Virus record (IMG/VR): IMGVR_UViG_3300033076_000962
Coordinates: 1 to 57,998 of that record
DNA: 57,998 bases
DNA from: a virus
Taxonomy: Duplodnaviria > Caudoviricetes
Reading direction: 5' to 3' (one strand)
The translations under genes and the position numbers were made by a program. Below the pieces are notes generated by a model. It did not search any database. It saw only the letters and a list, made by a program, of their open reading frames with translations, and was not told the origin of the DNA. Position 1 is the stretch's first letter. Each line of letters starts with the position of its first letter. Positions 1-8,815 of the stretch are shown piece after piece.

Positions 1-64
1 TGATAGCACTATCTGACTTAGTGCTATCACTGGACTACTTAAAGTCCGACTATAAAAGGGTAAA
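1..64 (+). repeat. Copy 2 of early-region hairpin/leader element (begins at ~57988 across the circular junction)
   Basis: 57990-57998 + 1-11 = TAATCCAATTGATAGCACTA (identical to 57363-57382); 7-nt loop; TAGTGCTATCA at 19-29; TCCGACTATAAAAGGGTAAA at 45-64 identical to 57418-57437. Confidence 0.9.
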
Positions 65-69
65 ATACA

Positions 70-834
70 ATGAAATTGACAAAAGAGATAAAAAGTTATT
101 TGATCTCAATGCTCCGCACTGAAACCTACATCGAAACGATAAAGCCTACGATCCACGCAATCTACAACGACACGTTGGACTACATGATCCCACCGGCGTA
201 TAGACAATGCAGACGAACAAACGAAACTATAACCGATTATACCCAACTATATAAAATCAACAAACGTGACAATCCGAAAGTAGCAAAATACCTAAAAAAG
301 TATTACAGAGAAGTCGATAAAATACTAACAGAAAAAGGCTTTCCTGGCTCACAGCCTGGATATTGTCATCTGTTAGAATCAGAAAGCTTACTAAGAGCCT
401 TAACAACCTTATTTGTTAATGCCTGTATAAAAGTACTACCGGACTTAGGAGATTATACCCATGAAAAATTCTACGAAACATTAACTTACCAGAAAAACTA
501 TGATTCTTTCGTAGAGATAAACAAAAAATATTTTATCCCACAGATACCTAGAAAGGAATTTCACGTAAGTACCCCAAAAGCATTTCAGGCTGCTATTAAA
601 GCCGATAAAAAACGTCTGGGATCTGATTCGGTCCGAAGATCCTCTGAATACGAGCCACGTTCTAGGAACTTAATAGAGATAATCCATGAATATAAAACAA
701 AAGGATATTTAAAAACTCATATACCTAACGTTGCTATAAAATATTATAATCTGTTAAGAGCAACTAAAACGTATGCAACTATAAAATATAATGGAGCACC
801 AATAACTATAACACAATTAAAAGAGATGAACTAA
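70..834 (+). CDS. Hypothetical early protein (254 aa)
   Basis: Long ORF after TATAAAAGGG leader; no recognised motif. Confidence 0.8.
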   Translation: MKLTKEIKSYLISMLRTETYIETIKPTIHAIYNDTLDYMIPPAYRQCRRTNETITDYTQLYKINKRDNPKVAKYLKKYYREVDKILTEKGFPGSQPGYCHLLESESLLRALTTLFVNACIKVLPDLGDYTHEKFYETLTYQKNYDSFVEINKKYFIPQIPRKEFHVSTPKAFQAAIKADKKRLGSDSVRRSSEYEPRSRNLIEIIHEYKTKGYLKTHIPNVAIKYYNLLRATKTYATIKYNGAPITITQLKEMN

Positions 835-845
835 AAGGTATCACA

Positions 846-865
846 GAGTAGCCTACGGGCTACTC
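846..865 (+). other. Intergenic hairpin with cUACGg tetraloop
   Basis: GAGTAGCC-TACG-GGCTACTC; no U-tract. Confidence 0.7.
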
Positions 866-902
866 GATGATGCAATATAGCATCCATATAAGGGTAAACA
901 TT

Positions 903-1121
903 ATGCAAACATTCAGACTTACAGCTAAAAAATACAGTGGCGGTTACTTCATTTACTACACCGGAACTTCCCGACTAGCAGCTACATACAAAAAGTACTA
1001 TCCCGATCACTATGGAACTATAGAATTGAACGATGGAACTACTTTGTTTCCTGTCAATTCGCTGTCAGAAGCTAAAAAGCTACTAATGGAAAAAATTCAA
1101 ACTACCGGCGGTTTGCCATAA
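903..1121 (+). CDS. Hypothetical early protein; paralog of the frameshifted gene at 56767
   Basis: Start moved to ATG 903 after the ATAAGGG leader; motif GTIELNDG...SLSEAKKLLM. Confidence 0.75.
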   Translation: MQTFRLTAKKYSGGYFIYYTGTSRLAATYKKYYPDHYGTIELNDGTTLFPVNSLSEAKKLLMEKIQTTGGLP

Positions 1122-1142
1122 CTTATAAAAGGGGTAACAACC

Positions 1143-1391
1143 GTGAACACTACTATATACTTAAATAACTCTGTACATCGTTGGAAAACAGGAAACATGC
1201 TATTCGCACTTTACCAGAACGATAAACTCCTAAAAATCAAAAAGGCCGTATGTTATGAGGCGTTAGGCAACTTCGCATTGGTATGTTTCAAACTACAAAA
1301 TAAAACATATACAGCTTTTGCAAGGGGTCATGATCTTCACAACGGATTACCGATAATAGATATAGAAAGAGCAGCCCAAAGAACTCGATAA
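1143..1391 (+). CDS. Hypothetical early protein
   Basis: GTG start after TATAAAGGGG leader. Confidence 0.7.
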   Translation: MNTTIYLNNSVHRWKTGNMLFALYQNDKLLKIKKAVCYEALGNFALVCFKLQNKTYTAFARGHDLHNGLPIIDIERAAQRTR

Positions 1392-1412
1392 CTATATAAA
1401 GGGAAAAACATT

Positions 1413-1676
1413 ATGAAAATGAACATAACAGAAGATACTTTCATAGACCTGGTAAGGACAATATATAACCGCAAAGATAACTTCTCTATCGAAGGTCTAA
1501 GGCACTTATACAACTACCTAAAAGAAACCTATCCCGACCAGAATATAGACGTTATAAAACTCTGCTGTACCTACGAGGAATACTCAGAACTAGCAGAATA
1601 CTACGAAGTATACGACGATACACCTGACCCCATCATAACTTTACCTTCCGGTGGTTTTATCGTTATTAAGCACTAA
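1413..1676 (+). CDS. Conserved-looking phage hypothetical protein
   Basis: TATAAAGGG leader; NFSxEGL..LYxYL...DVIxLCCxYxEY pattern resembles a widespread phage early protein. Confidence 0.75.
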   Translation: MKMNITEDTFIDLVRTIYNRKDNFSIEGLRHLYNYLKETYPDQNIDVIKLCCTYEEYSELAEYYEVYDDTPDPIITLPSGGFIVIKH

Positions 1677-1686
1677 AGATATAAAA

Positions 1687-1875
1687 ATGACACAAGAAAC
1701 AAAACAAAAACTAGAAACATGGTACGCACCTTTAACAACTAAACAGATAAAGGCTCAAATAAGAAAATACACAACCCCAGAAGACTATGCCGAAGCTGAA
1801 TCCGCACTTGCTCAAAGATGCAACGTGCATATATCACCGGCGGTTATCCTGGAATACTTAGAAACCTTAGCTTAA
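1687..1875 (+). CDS. Hypothetical protein
   Basis: ATG 1687 preferred over upstream GTG; same operon direction. Confidence 0.6.
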   Translation: MTQETKQKLETWYAPLTTKQIKAQIRKYTTPEDYAEAESALAQRCNVHISPAVILEYLETLA

Positions 1876-1896
1876 ATTATAAAAGGGAAAACAAAA

Positions 1897-2121
1897 ATGC
1901 TACACCTAGTAGACCCAAAGCAGCTCTTACTAACTAAACTTAAATGGGTACTGATAGACACCAATATAGCTCTAAAAAATAAAGAAGGCAGCTTAGTGAA
2001 TTTCTTAAATGGCCAACGCTACGCACTAAAATTTGTACTTTACGAGGTATACGGTTTAGGCCATGACGAATCCGAAGCTATAGCCACTAGACTACGCCAT
2101 GATCTGACTAACGCGACATAG
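1897..2121 (+). CDS. Hypothetical early protein
   Basis: TATAAAAGGG leader then ATG. Confidence 0.7.
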   Translation: MLHLVDPKQLLLTKLKWVLIDTNIALKNKEGSLVNFLNGQRYALKFVLYEVYGLGHDESEAIATRLRHDLTNAT

Positions 2122-2130
2122 CCTTTCCAT

Positions 2131-2174
2131 ACCTCCCAGGCATTTTGAACGGTAGTTTGTGATGCCTGGGAGGT
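2131..2174 (+). terminator. 13-bp stem hairpin (terminator or processing site)
   Basis: ACCTCCCAGGCAT / ATGCCTGGGAGGT, 18-nt loop, T-rich downstream. Confidence 0.55.
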
Positions 2175-2210
2175 TTCAATCTTTCCTTATTCAATTATCT
2201 TGGAAAATAT

Positions 2211-2405
2211 ATGAAACACGAACTATGGAAATCTCACGGAATTATAGAACTTTCAGATCAGTTCTACCTCTTAAAAACAAAATACGGCTTTGACATGTAC
2301 GAAAATGGCCTCACTCACGCTACCAGAATAAGCATAATCGGATTCACAGGATTGCAAGGAATCAGACGAGCCAAAAAGCACCTAAAAATGAGGCTCAAAA
2401 AATAG
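2211..2405 (+). CDS. Hypothetical protein
   Basis: 64-aa ORF between two hairpins. Confidence 0.6.
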   Translation: MKHELWKSHGIIELSDQFYLLKTKYGFDMYENGLTHATRISIIGFTGLQGIRRAKKHLKMRLKK

Positions 2406-2413
2406 CCCTAACA

Positions 2414-2454
2414 CTTTGGAGGGGAAACGCAGGATCGTAGCTTCCCCTCCAAAG
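2414..2454 (+). terminator. 13-bp stem hairpin closing the early region
   Basis: CTTTGGAGGGGAA / TTCCCCTCCAAAG. Confidence 0.55.
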
Positions 2455-2614
2455 GTCATTCTCTCAAAAGCCCCACAATGCACCACAATCAACGATTTCT
2501 ACCCTACCCTACCCATACCATAGGCCAAGCCATTCAAACGTAACCCCATCGACCACGCGCCGTTACAGCAACCAACTAATCAGCTTGCCGGATGCCGACC
2601 CCGCGCCGTTACAG

Positions 2615-2697
2615 CATCAACCCAATCGACCATCCGAACATCAACCCAATCGACCATCCGAACATCAACCCAATCGACCATCCGAACATCAACCCAA
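2615..2697. repeat. 24-bp tandem repeat x3.5
   Basis: CATCAACCCAATCGACCATCCGAA at 2615, 2639, 2663, partial at 2687. Confidence 0.95.
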
Positions 2698-3032
2698 CCC
2701 CTCAACCTTCCATTTCAACAACACCTTCCCCAAAGCCTCACAATCAACGTACAGCCCGTCATCAACCGCAACCCCTACCGTTCCCTTCATCCGTTCCAAT
2801 TCCGCAACCAGTGCCCGTATAAACTCCTCCCTATTCAGATCAACCAGACTTGTAAACTTGTCAAATTCACAAACCTTCTTAGACACCGGATATTTTCCGT
2901 TAGAAAAAAATATAAATTTGACCGGCGGAATCCCTCGCTGTTTCTTCCACCGGTGTCCTGCCTTTGGCCCTGCTTTCTCATCAAAAAACAGGCTATGTGT
3001 TTTAACAGTTAAAATCATTGTTCATTTTAGTT

Positions 3033-3366
3033 AGGTGTACAAGGTGTACGCAAGGTGTACGCATTTGTACACCCATTTTCCTGAAAATTATTTTTCTAAA
3101 AAAAGTACTATAACTACTTATATATATTAAAAAAAAAAAAAAAAAAAGTTAGCTAAGTTAAAATTGAGTATGTCTAAAAGTGTACGGGTGTACAAAAATA
3201 GAGGCCCCTTTTTTTAAGTATACATTTTTCTACTTCCAGATATACATATATATGTATCCCCCCGTACACCCGTACACCTTTACACCTTACACTGTCTAAC
3301 ATATGGATATAATTCACGATAACGGAAAAACATTAGGTGTACATACCCTGTACACCTTGTACACCT
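3033..3366. other. Putative bidirectional replication origin (GGTGTAC iterons in inverted arrays around an AT-rich core)
   Basis: 17-bp IR 3033-3049/3350-3366; 14-bp IR 3180-3193/3264-3277; A19 at 3129-3147; palindrome 3242-3257; upstream of primase; skew switch. Confidence 0.75.
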
Positions 3367-3373
3367 TTGCCCC

Positions 3374-3411
3374 CCGGCTGTCATCCGGCTGTCATCCGGC
3401 TGTCATCCGGC
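3374..3411. repeat. 11-bp tandem repeat CCGGCTGTCAT x3.5
   Basis: CCGG at 3374, 3385, 3396, 3407. Confidence 0.95.
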
Positions 3412-3475
3412 ATCAAAATTTAGGCAAAAAATCGGTTGACTTACCTAGTATTACACGGTAGTACACACATATAAG

Positions 3476-3504
3476 TTGCGATATATTACTAAGTAAAGTA
3501 AACT
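3476..3504 (+). promoter_or_regulatory. Sigma70-like promoter for the replication arm
   Basis: TTGCGA-17-TAAACT upstream of the RHH gene. Confidence 0.5.
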
Positions 3505-3526
3505 AATCCATAAGTATTAATATAGG

Positions 3527-3715
3527 ATGTATATGTACGATGACATAAAAAAACCGATCACAATTGGACTACCCTTGAGCACCATTGCAGCACTGAAAAA
3601 AGTGGCTCAAGAACAGGATAGATCTATGAGCTGGTGCATCACAAAAGCGGTGCAAGAATACCTATCAAAAATACAGGCTGAAATACAGGTTGTAAAAGGG
3701 AACTATACAGCCTAG
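3527..3715 (+). CDS. Ribbon-helix-helix (CopG/Arc-like) DNA-binding protein
   Basis: ITIGLP..T.AALKKVAQEQDRSMSWCITKAVQEYL matches the RHH pattern. Confidence 0.8.
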   Translation: MYMYDDIKKPITIGLPLSTIAALKKVAQEQDRSMSWCITKAVQEYLSKIQAEIQVVKGNYTA

Positions 3716-3790
3716 CACCGGCCAAGTATCTGCCAGTAAATACCCTTCCCAATTTGATAGTTTGCCAGCTTCCAGATAGTAGGTGCATAA

Positions 3791-6214
3791 ATGACATTGC
3801 AACCACCCGACCAAGCGGAAAGCCGCGATCTTTTCGCAGCTCTAGGGTTATCCCTGATAACCGTTTCAATCCAACCTGAGAGCGATCAAGCAGTAATTCC
3901 AAGGGGCCGGTGGTTCAGCACTAAGAACAGAGTAAGGGCATTGACTCTGGAAGATTACTATTCAAGCGCCTTTCAAGATGAATTAAAAGCAGTGCAGATT
4001 TACGGGTGCGCTGTTTACTTCATGATAAATCAAGGGGATGGCGTTCCAAAAGAACCTGAAACGGGCAACTTAAACTGTGGTAGAAATGAAAACGTAACAT
4101 CTTTAAGAACTCTCTGTATTGATACAGATAGTGGCGATTGGGAAAAGTTAAAAGATAAATTATCAGAAATTGACTTAGTACCGCACTACGTTGTGGAGTC
4201 CTCTCCTGGAAAGTATCACCTATATTTTATTATTGAGCCTGAGAGCACCGGCGACGCTGACGCATTGCGAAAGTGGAAAACACTGCAAGGATACTTGAGC
4301 ACCTTGGTAGACGGCTTGGACGGATCTGTAACAAAACAGTGCCAAGTGTTGCGTATTCCTGGGTTTTACAACTTAAAACCTGGAAGAGATCCGTGGAAGG
4401 TACGGATTACAAAAAAGCTGGAATTTCCCAAGTATAACCTACATTTCCTTTATACAAAACTGAACGGAAAGGCATACGAAGAGCTAATTGTTGAGGGCCG
4501 GATTGAAGTAAACGGAGAGGAGAGAACATACACCAAGTGGGTAGAGCCTGAAGGGTATTTAAAAGAAGGGGGACGGAGGAAAGGAATCACGTCGTACATA
4601 GAACATTTGATGGAGAATCAGATCAAGCTAGATGCTGATGAAGAAGTTTACTTTGCTGCGATGGATGCGTTTATTCGCAAGAAAATTAACCCATCGGAGC
4701 AAGGAGTATTTCTGGAAGAGGGCAGCCGGAGAGAAAACTTAAAGAGCTACATTAGGGACCAGATCAAGTGGAGAATCAAGAAGAATATTCAGTATGAGAA
4801 ATTAATCGAGCACCATGAGAGTGTAAAAAATGAAACACTGCCTGATGCATTTTATCTTGGATTTCCTGGGGATTTGGGAGAGATAACTAGAGAAATACAC
4901 AACTATGCACCGGCTATATCGCTTGAAATGTGCTTTGCAGGAGCGCTGATCGTATCAGGGATGTTGAAAGGCGACTGCTTTAGGTTGCAGGGAGCGTGGC
5001 CCTACGTAAACGGAATCGTGATAGCAGGGCCGGGGGCCGGTAAGAGCACGATTAGGACGTTAGTAGAGAAAATGCTCGATGTGGGAGGGTTTAGAGGGAG
5101 ATATCCCAAGCTGCTTAAAAAACAAAACACAGTGCAATCCTTGCACACTGCCTTGTATGGGGCCGGTGGAGCAGGATGTATGCTTGTGGACGAAGCAGGG
5201 GAGTATTTGCAGACAATTACAGCTAAAAATGCCCCTGGATACGCAAAGGCACTAAGAAGCTACTTTAAGGATGCTACTACGGGTAGGTATGAGGGAGTAT
5301 CGCTACATCCTGGGGAGAGCTTGAGCTACAGGGTACCGATGCTGACCGGTGGGTTGATGATCTGGTTGATGATACAGCCTGGAGTATTTGAGCAAACTAT
5401 AAATTCCGACGATATGGCAGATGGATTCTTGCCAAGGTTTTTTATCTTTAACGGTAGGTCGGATGTGGGAATAGACGCTGATAGACATGAGGATAAACCC
5501 TACTGTGTGTCTCAGGATTTGCTGGTGCTGATGGAAGGGTATAAGAGCGTATACGGAAGCGTGGATTATAAGAAAATAGAGGCTGAAGTTGATAGGGAGT
5601 TGAGTGGAAAGAAGGTTAAGGAAGGAGAACGACTCAGTGAGATTAGAGATCGAGTGTATGAGGCTAGGTACCAGCAGAGGGTAATGTGCAGTGTGACGGT
5701 TGAGGTAGAATTTGGTGCTCAGAGCGAGATAAACGCATATATGAGCGCACAAGCTAAGGAGTTGAAGGGCATTGTCGAATTAGAAGGGGAGAGCGCAGCC
5801 AGTGCACCGGTGTACTTCAGGCTCAGGGAAATGCTGTACAGATTGATGTGCAATGCGTGTTTGTACAGAAATGGGAGGGCTGTAGTTACAAGAGAGATAG
5901 CAGAAAAGTGCATTGAGTTTCAGAAATTTCAAATGGGACGGTTCTTTGCCAAGGAGCTACAGGAACTAAGCAAAAGCAGGAGCCAGAAGGAAGAAGAGGT
6001 AGTGATTAAGGCGTTGAAGAAGGCATATAGGGAGAAAGGGGGGCCGGTTGGACTGGCTGAGATACTAAGAAAGATTGCAGCTAGGAACAGACCGTTTAAT
6101 ACACGAAAAACAGTGATGGATTTGGTAGCAGCAAAGGAAATTTGGGCAATTGAGAGAGCGCATAAGCATAGTAAGGGAACTGTAAAGGAGTATGTTCCGG
6201 TTGGGGATGAATAA
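3791..6214 (+). CDS. Primase-helicase: RepB-like AEP primase plus C-terminal P-loop (DUF3987/SF3-like) domain
   Basis: LCIDTD, VESSPGKYHLYF, VLRIPGF; Walker A GPGAGKST; Walker B LVDEAG. Confidence 0.85.
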   Translation: MTLQPPDQAESRDLFAALGLSLITVSIQPESDQAVIPRGRWFSTKNRVRALTLEDYYSSAFQDELKAVQIYGCAVYFMINQGDGVPKEPETGNLNCGRNENVTSLRTLCIDTDSGDWEKLKDKLSEIDLVPHYVVESSPGKYHLYFIIEPESTGDADALRKWKTLQGYLSTLVDGLDGSVTKQCQVLRIPGFYNLKPGRDPWKVRITKKLEFPKYNLHFLYTKLNGKAYEELIVEGRIEVNGEERTYTKWVEPEGYLKEGGRRKGITSYIEHLMENQIKLDADEEVYFAAMDAFIRKKINPSEQGVFLEEGSRRENLKSYIRDQIKWRIKKNIQYEKLIEHHESVKNETLPDAFYLGFPGDLGEITREIHNYAPAISLEMCFAGALIVSGMLKGDCFRLQGAWPYVNGIVIAGPGAGKSTIRTLVEKMLDVGGFRGRYPKLLKKQNTVQSLHTALYGAGGAGCMLVDEAGEYLQTITAKNAPGYAKALRSYFKDATTGRYEGVSLHPGESLSYRVPMLTGGLMIWLMIQPGVFEQTINSDDMADGFLPRFFIFNGRSDVGIDADRHEDKPYCVSQDLLVLMEGYKSVYGSVDYKKIEAEVDRELSGKKVKEGERLSEIRDRVYEARYQQRVMCSVTVEVEFGAQSEINAYMSAQAKELKGIVELEGESAASAPVYFRLREMLYRLMCNACLYRNGRAVVTREIAEKCIEFQKFQMGRFFAKELQELSKSRSQKEEEVVIKALKKAYREKGGPVGLAEILRKIAARNRPFNTRKTVMDLVAAKEIWAIERAHKHSKGTVKEYVPVGDE

Positions 6215-6236
6215 GTTGTTTATATAAAGGGGTATT

Positions 6237-7505
6237 ATGAAATTATTTCCGTTTCAAGTTGAAGGCGTTAAGGCACTGGTGGGGAAGAAGAGATTCCTAA
6301 TAGCAAGTGATCCTGGGCTGGGCAAAACAGTGCAGTTGATCTGTGCTGTGAATGTGTTGGCTAATCAGAAGGGGTGTGTTGCTGATGATTGTGGGAGAAG
6401 CCGTGTCGCGCTGGAGGTGTTGGTGGTGTGTCCTAAGAGCATGAGAGTAACTTGGGAGCGAGAAATTGAGAAATGGGGCAGAGAGGGAGTTAATTGGACA
6501 GTGGTGAATCACGACAAGCTGATTACCAAGCAGGGGGAAGGGCTGGTTCGGGCGTGGGATGTGGTGATTGCCGACGAGTCCCATCAGTATTTGAAAAATG
6601 GGGATACAAAGAGAGCGAGAGTATTTAGGCAGATTGAGGGGAAGTCAGACGTTGTGTGGTTGAGCACTGCTACACCGGCGAGCAAAAGTGCAGAGGATTA
6701 TTATTGCACATTGCAGATATTGCTGCCTGGGGTGTTTGGAGGGATGAAAAAATATCAATTCTTGAGCCGGTACTGCAATAAGGTGGTGGATAGGTGGGCG
6801 CATAGTGGGTACAAGTACGAAGGCTTCAAAAACAAGGAAGAATTAAAGGAAATATTCAAGAAATGCGCGATTAAACATAGGCAAAGTGAGGTGGCAGCGG
6901 ATCTTCCAGAGCTTACATATAGCAGCTACTACGCAGATGTGAATTATAAGGATTTGATGCACTTGAGCGAGAGCCAAGCAGTCGAGATTAAGCAAGCTGT
7001 AATGGAGGATAAGGTATTTGGCTCGGATTACAACGCAGTACTAAGGCACAATGCGCTGCTAAAGGTTCCTGCTGTGGTGGAGCTACTTAGTGGGTATCCA
7101 GAGGATGTGAAGGTGGTTGTATTTGCGTGGCACAGGGAGGTGGTTAGCGAGATCGTTAAGGCGCTACAGGATACAGACAGAACAGTTGACTATATCACCG
7201 GTGAGGTGAGCGAAGAGAAGAGGCAGAAGGCAATTGATGCATTTCAGACGGGTGGATTGAATACATTAGTGATGAACATGCAAGCCGGAGGTGTGGGGAT
7301 TACCTTAACCGCAGCTACCAAGGCGCTGTATGTTCAGTTTCCCTATAGCGCAATCCACTGGATTCAGTCGCAAAAGAGAGTGCATCGTATCGGAAGCAAG
7401 CAGCCCGTACAAATAATAAAAATAATTATTGAAAAAAGTATTGACGAAGATGTATATAAAATATTACAAGATAGGGTAGTAAATATAGAAAAGGTAGGAG
7501 TCTAA
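6237..7505 (+). CDS. SNF2-family (SF2) helicase
   Basis: DPGLGKT, IADESH, SxTP, GGVGITLT, QSQKRVHRIG. Confidence 0.9.
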   Translation: MKLFPFQVEGVKALVGKKRFLIASDPGLGKTVQLICAVNVLANQKGCVADDCGRSRVALEVLVVCPKSMRVTWEREIEKWGREGVNWTVVNHDKLITKQGEGLVRAWDVVIADESHQYLKNGDTKRARVFRQIEGKSDVVWLSTATPASKSAEDYYCTLQILLPGVFGGMKKYQFLSRYCNKVVDRWAHSGYKYEGFKNKEELKEIFKKCAIKHRQSEVAADLPELTYSSYYADVNYKDLMHLSESQAVEIKQAVMEDKVFGSDYNAVLRHNALLKVPAVVELLSGYPEDVKVVVFAWHREVVSEIVKALQDTDRTVDYITGEVSEEKRQKAIDAFQTGGLNTLVMNMQAGGVGITLTAATKALYVQFPYSAIHWIQSQKRVHRIGSKQPVQIIKIIIEKSIDEDVYKILQDRVVNIEKVGV

Positions 7506-7507
7506 TT

Positions 7508-7717
7508 ATGTGCAACGGAGTAATTTTCAGATCGATGGAAGAGAAAGCAGAGGAATACGTTAGCTACGTGCTGAAGGATAAGGGGAGCACTGAATGGGCA
7601 GCAGTATATCAGGCTCTTAAAGGTGTGCTGAAAAATGCTTTTATAGCAGGGTGGGTTGCAGATAGGAAACAGCTAGAGGACTTAGGGATTAAGCTATATA
7701 GAGGAGACAATGGATAA
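7508..7717 (+). CDS. Hypothetical protein
   Basis: GGAG RBS; NAFIAGW motif typical of small phage proteins. Confidence 0.65.
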   Translation: MCNGVIFRSMEEKAEEYVSYVLKDKGSTEWAAVYQALKGVLKNAFIAGWVADRKQLEDLGIKLYRGDNG

Positions 7718-7814
7718 GATTTTAATTTGGGTGTTGTTGGCTGTAGGAATTATCGCTTATGAGCAGCTAAGTAGAGAGGATTACGTTAAGAGTATAAGTC
7801 ACTATGAGAATTAA
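7710..7814 (+). CDS. Small membrane peptide (34 aa)
   Basis: GAGGAG RBS; MDKILIWVLLAVGIIAYEQ...; below ORF-track cutoff. Confidence 0.55.
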   Translation: MDKILIWVLLAVGIIAYEQLSREDYVKSISHYEN

Positions 7815-7902
7815 ACAGGAAATAATTGATGGGTTTTTATGCTTTCTAGCAGTTATGCTTATATTGGCAACAATAATTGATGTATTGCTTGAGGTACTAT
7901 GA
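7804..7902 (+). CDS. Small membrane peptide (32 aa)
   Basis: MRIKQEIIDGFLCFLAVMLILATIIDVLLEVL; ATGA-coupled to the next gene. Confidence 0.55.
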   Translation: MRIKQEIIDGFLCFLAVMLILATIIDVLLEVL

Positions 7903-8177
7903 GCCGGTGTAAATATTGTGGAGCAGAGATCGAGTGGATTGAAACCAAGGCTGGAAAGAACATGCCAGTTGAACCGGAAAGTGTTGAATGGGGAGATCAC
8001 GAGTGGGGGGATATTTTGGTTAGTGAGTTGGGAGATGTGGCTTATACAGATAAGGAGGTTGTAGACCCGCATCCCAACCTAACCTGGTACGTGTGTCATT
8101 TTAGTGCGTGTGTTAGGTCAGATGGTAAAGCGGAAAGAAGAGATGCAATTGAGAAGTTAAGAAAAATAAAGGGGTAA
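7899..8177 (+). CDS. Zn-finger-like phage protein
   Basis: CKYCGAEIEW..TKAGK.MPV...CHFSAC. Confidence 0.75.
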   Translation: MSRCKYCGAEIEWIETKAGKNMPVEPESVEWGDHEWGDILVSELGDVAYTDKEVVDPHPNLTWYVCHFSACVRSDGKAERRDAIEKLRKIKG

Positions 8178-8181
8178 ATAT

Positions 8182-8514
8182 ATGGGTAAACATGAAGAAG
8201 CATTTGCAGAATTAAGATTGTGGTGTGAGAGGCACAATTGTTCAATATCAAGCAAGGGGATGACATTTCTATTCGGCCCTGGGATTGGTGGGGTTTATAC
8301 CAGCAACATATTTAATTCCAATACTCATTCCGTTGCAGGAGATAAGGACTTGAGCTTTGGGAAATGTGTGGATTGGAAGAGGGAGTATGAAAAGCTGCTC
8401 TCCGGTATTCGAGAGTTGCAAAGATTAATTGAAAATAGAACCGGCATTAAAAAGGGCGCAGCGCGGCAAGAGCTTGAGGATTTGGTGATTGTTTTGCATA
8501 GGGGGGAGAAGTGA
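8182..8514 (+). CDS. Hypothetical protein
   Basis: AAAGGGG leader; ends GEK* at shared junction. Confidence 0.7.
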   Translation: MGKHEEAFAELRLWCERHNCSISSKGMTFLFGPGIGGVYTSNIFNSNTHSVAGDKDLSFGKCVDWKREYEKLLSGIRELQRLIENRTGIKKGAARQELEDLVIVLHRGEK

Positions 8515-8645
8515 CGTGGTGCGGATTTTGTCAGCAGAGGTCTTGGGTGTGCTGGTGTTTACAGCCGCTACTGTGGTTTTGGATAACACGCGACTGCTCA
8601 AGCTGTGGCAGGGTGTTAGTTACAATTAGTAAGGGGGAGAAGTGA
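8511..8645 (+). CDS. Small Cys/Trp-rich protein (44 aa)
   Basis: GTGA-coupled; WCGFC...CSSC; ends GEK*. Confidence 0.55.
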   Translation: MTWCGFCQQRSWVCWCLQPLLWFWITRDCSSCGRVLVTISKGEK

Positions 8646-8815
8646 ACGCAGATACTAGGTACTTCGCAGCTAAATTAGACAAAATCCAATATGCGTTGGA
8701 CATGCTAAGACAGGTCGATGCTGGGCGTAACATTAAAAGGTTGATTTCTCATTTAGAGGACCTTGAGAGCGTAGCGGTGCAAGACTTGGTGGAGGCAGAA
8801 CAGGATGAGGAATGA
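8642..8815 (+). CDS. Small hypothetical protein (57 aa)
   Basis: GTGA-coupled start, ATGA-coupled end. Confidence 0.6.
   Translation: MNADTRYFAAKLDKIQYALDMLRQVDAGRNIKRLISHLEDLESVAVQDLVEAEQDEE

Noticed and set aside
2615-2697. CRISPR mini-array
   Set aside because: Repeats are head-to-tail with no spacers; no cas operon (the Cas4-like fold at 13830 is a routine phage exonuclease)
2585-3034. ORFs 2585-3034, 2592-2822 and 2689-3018
   Set aside because: Open frames explained by low-complexity repeats; no convincing RBS; 2689-3018 (-) cannot be fully excluded
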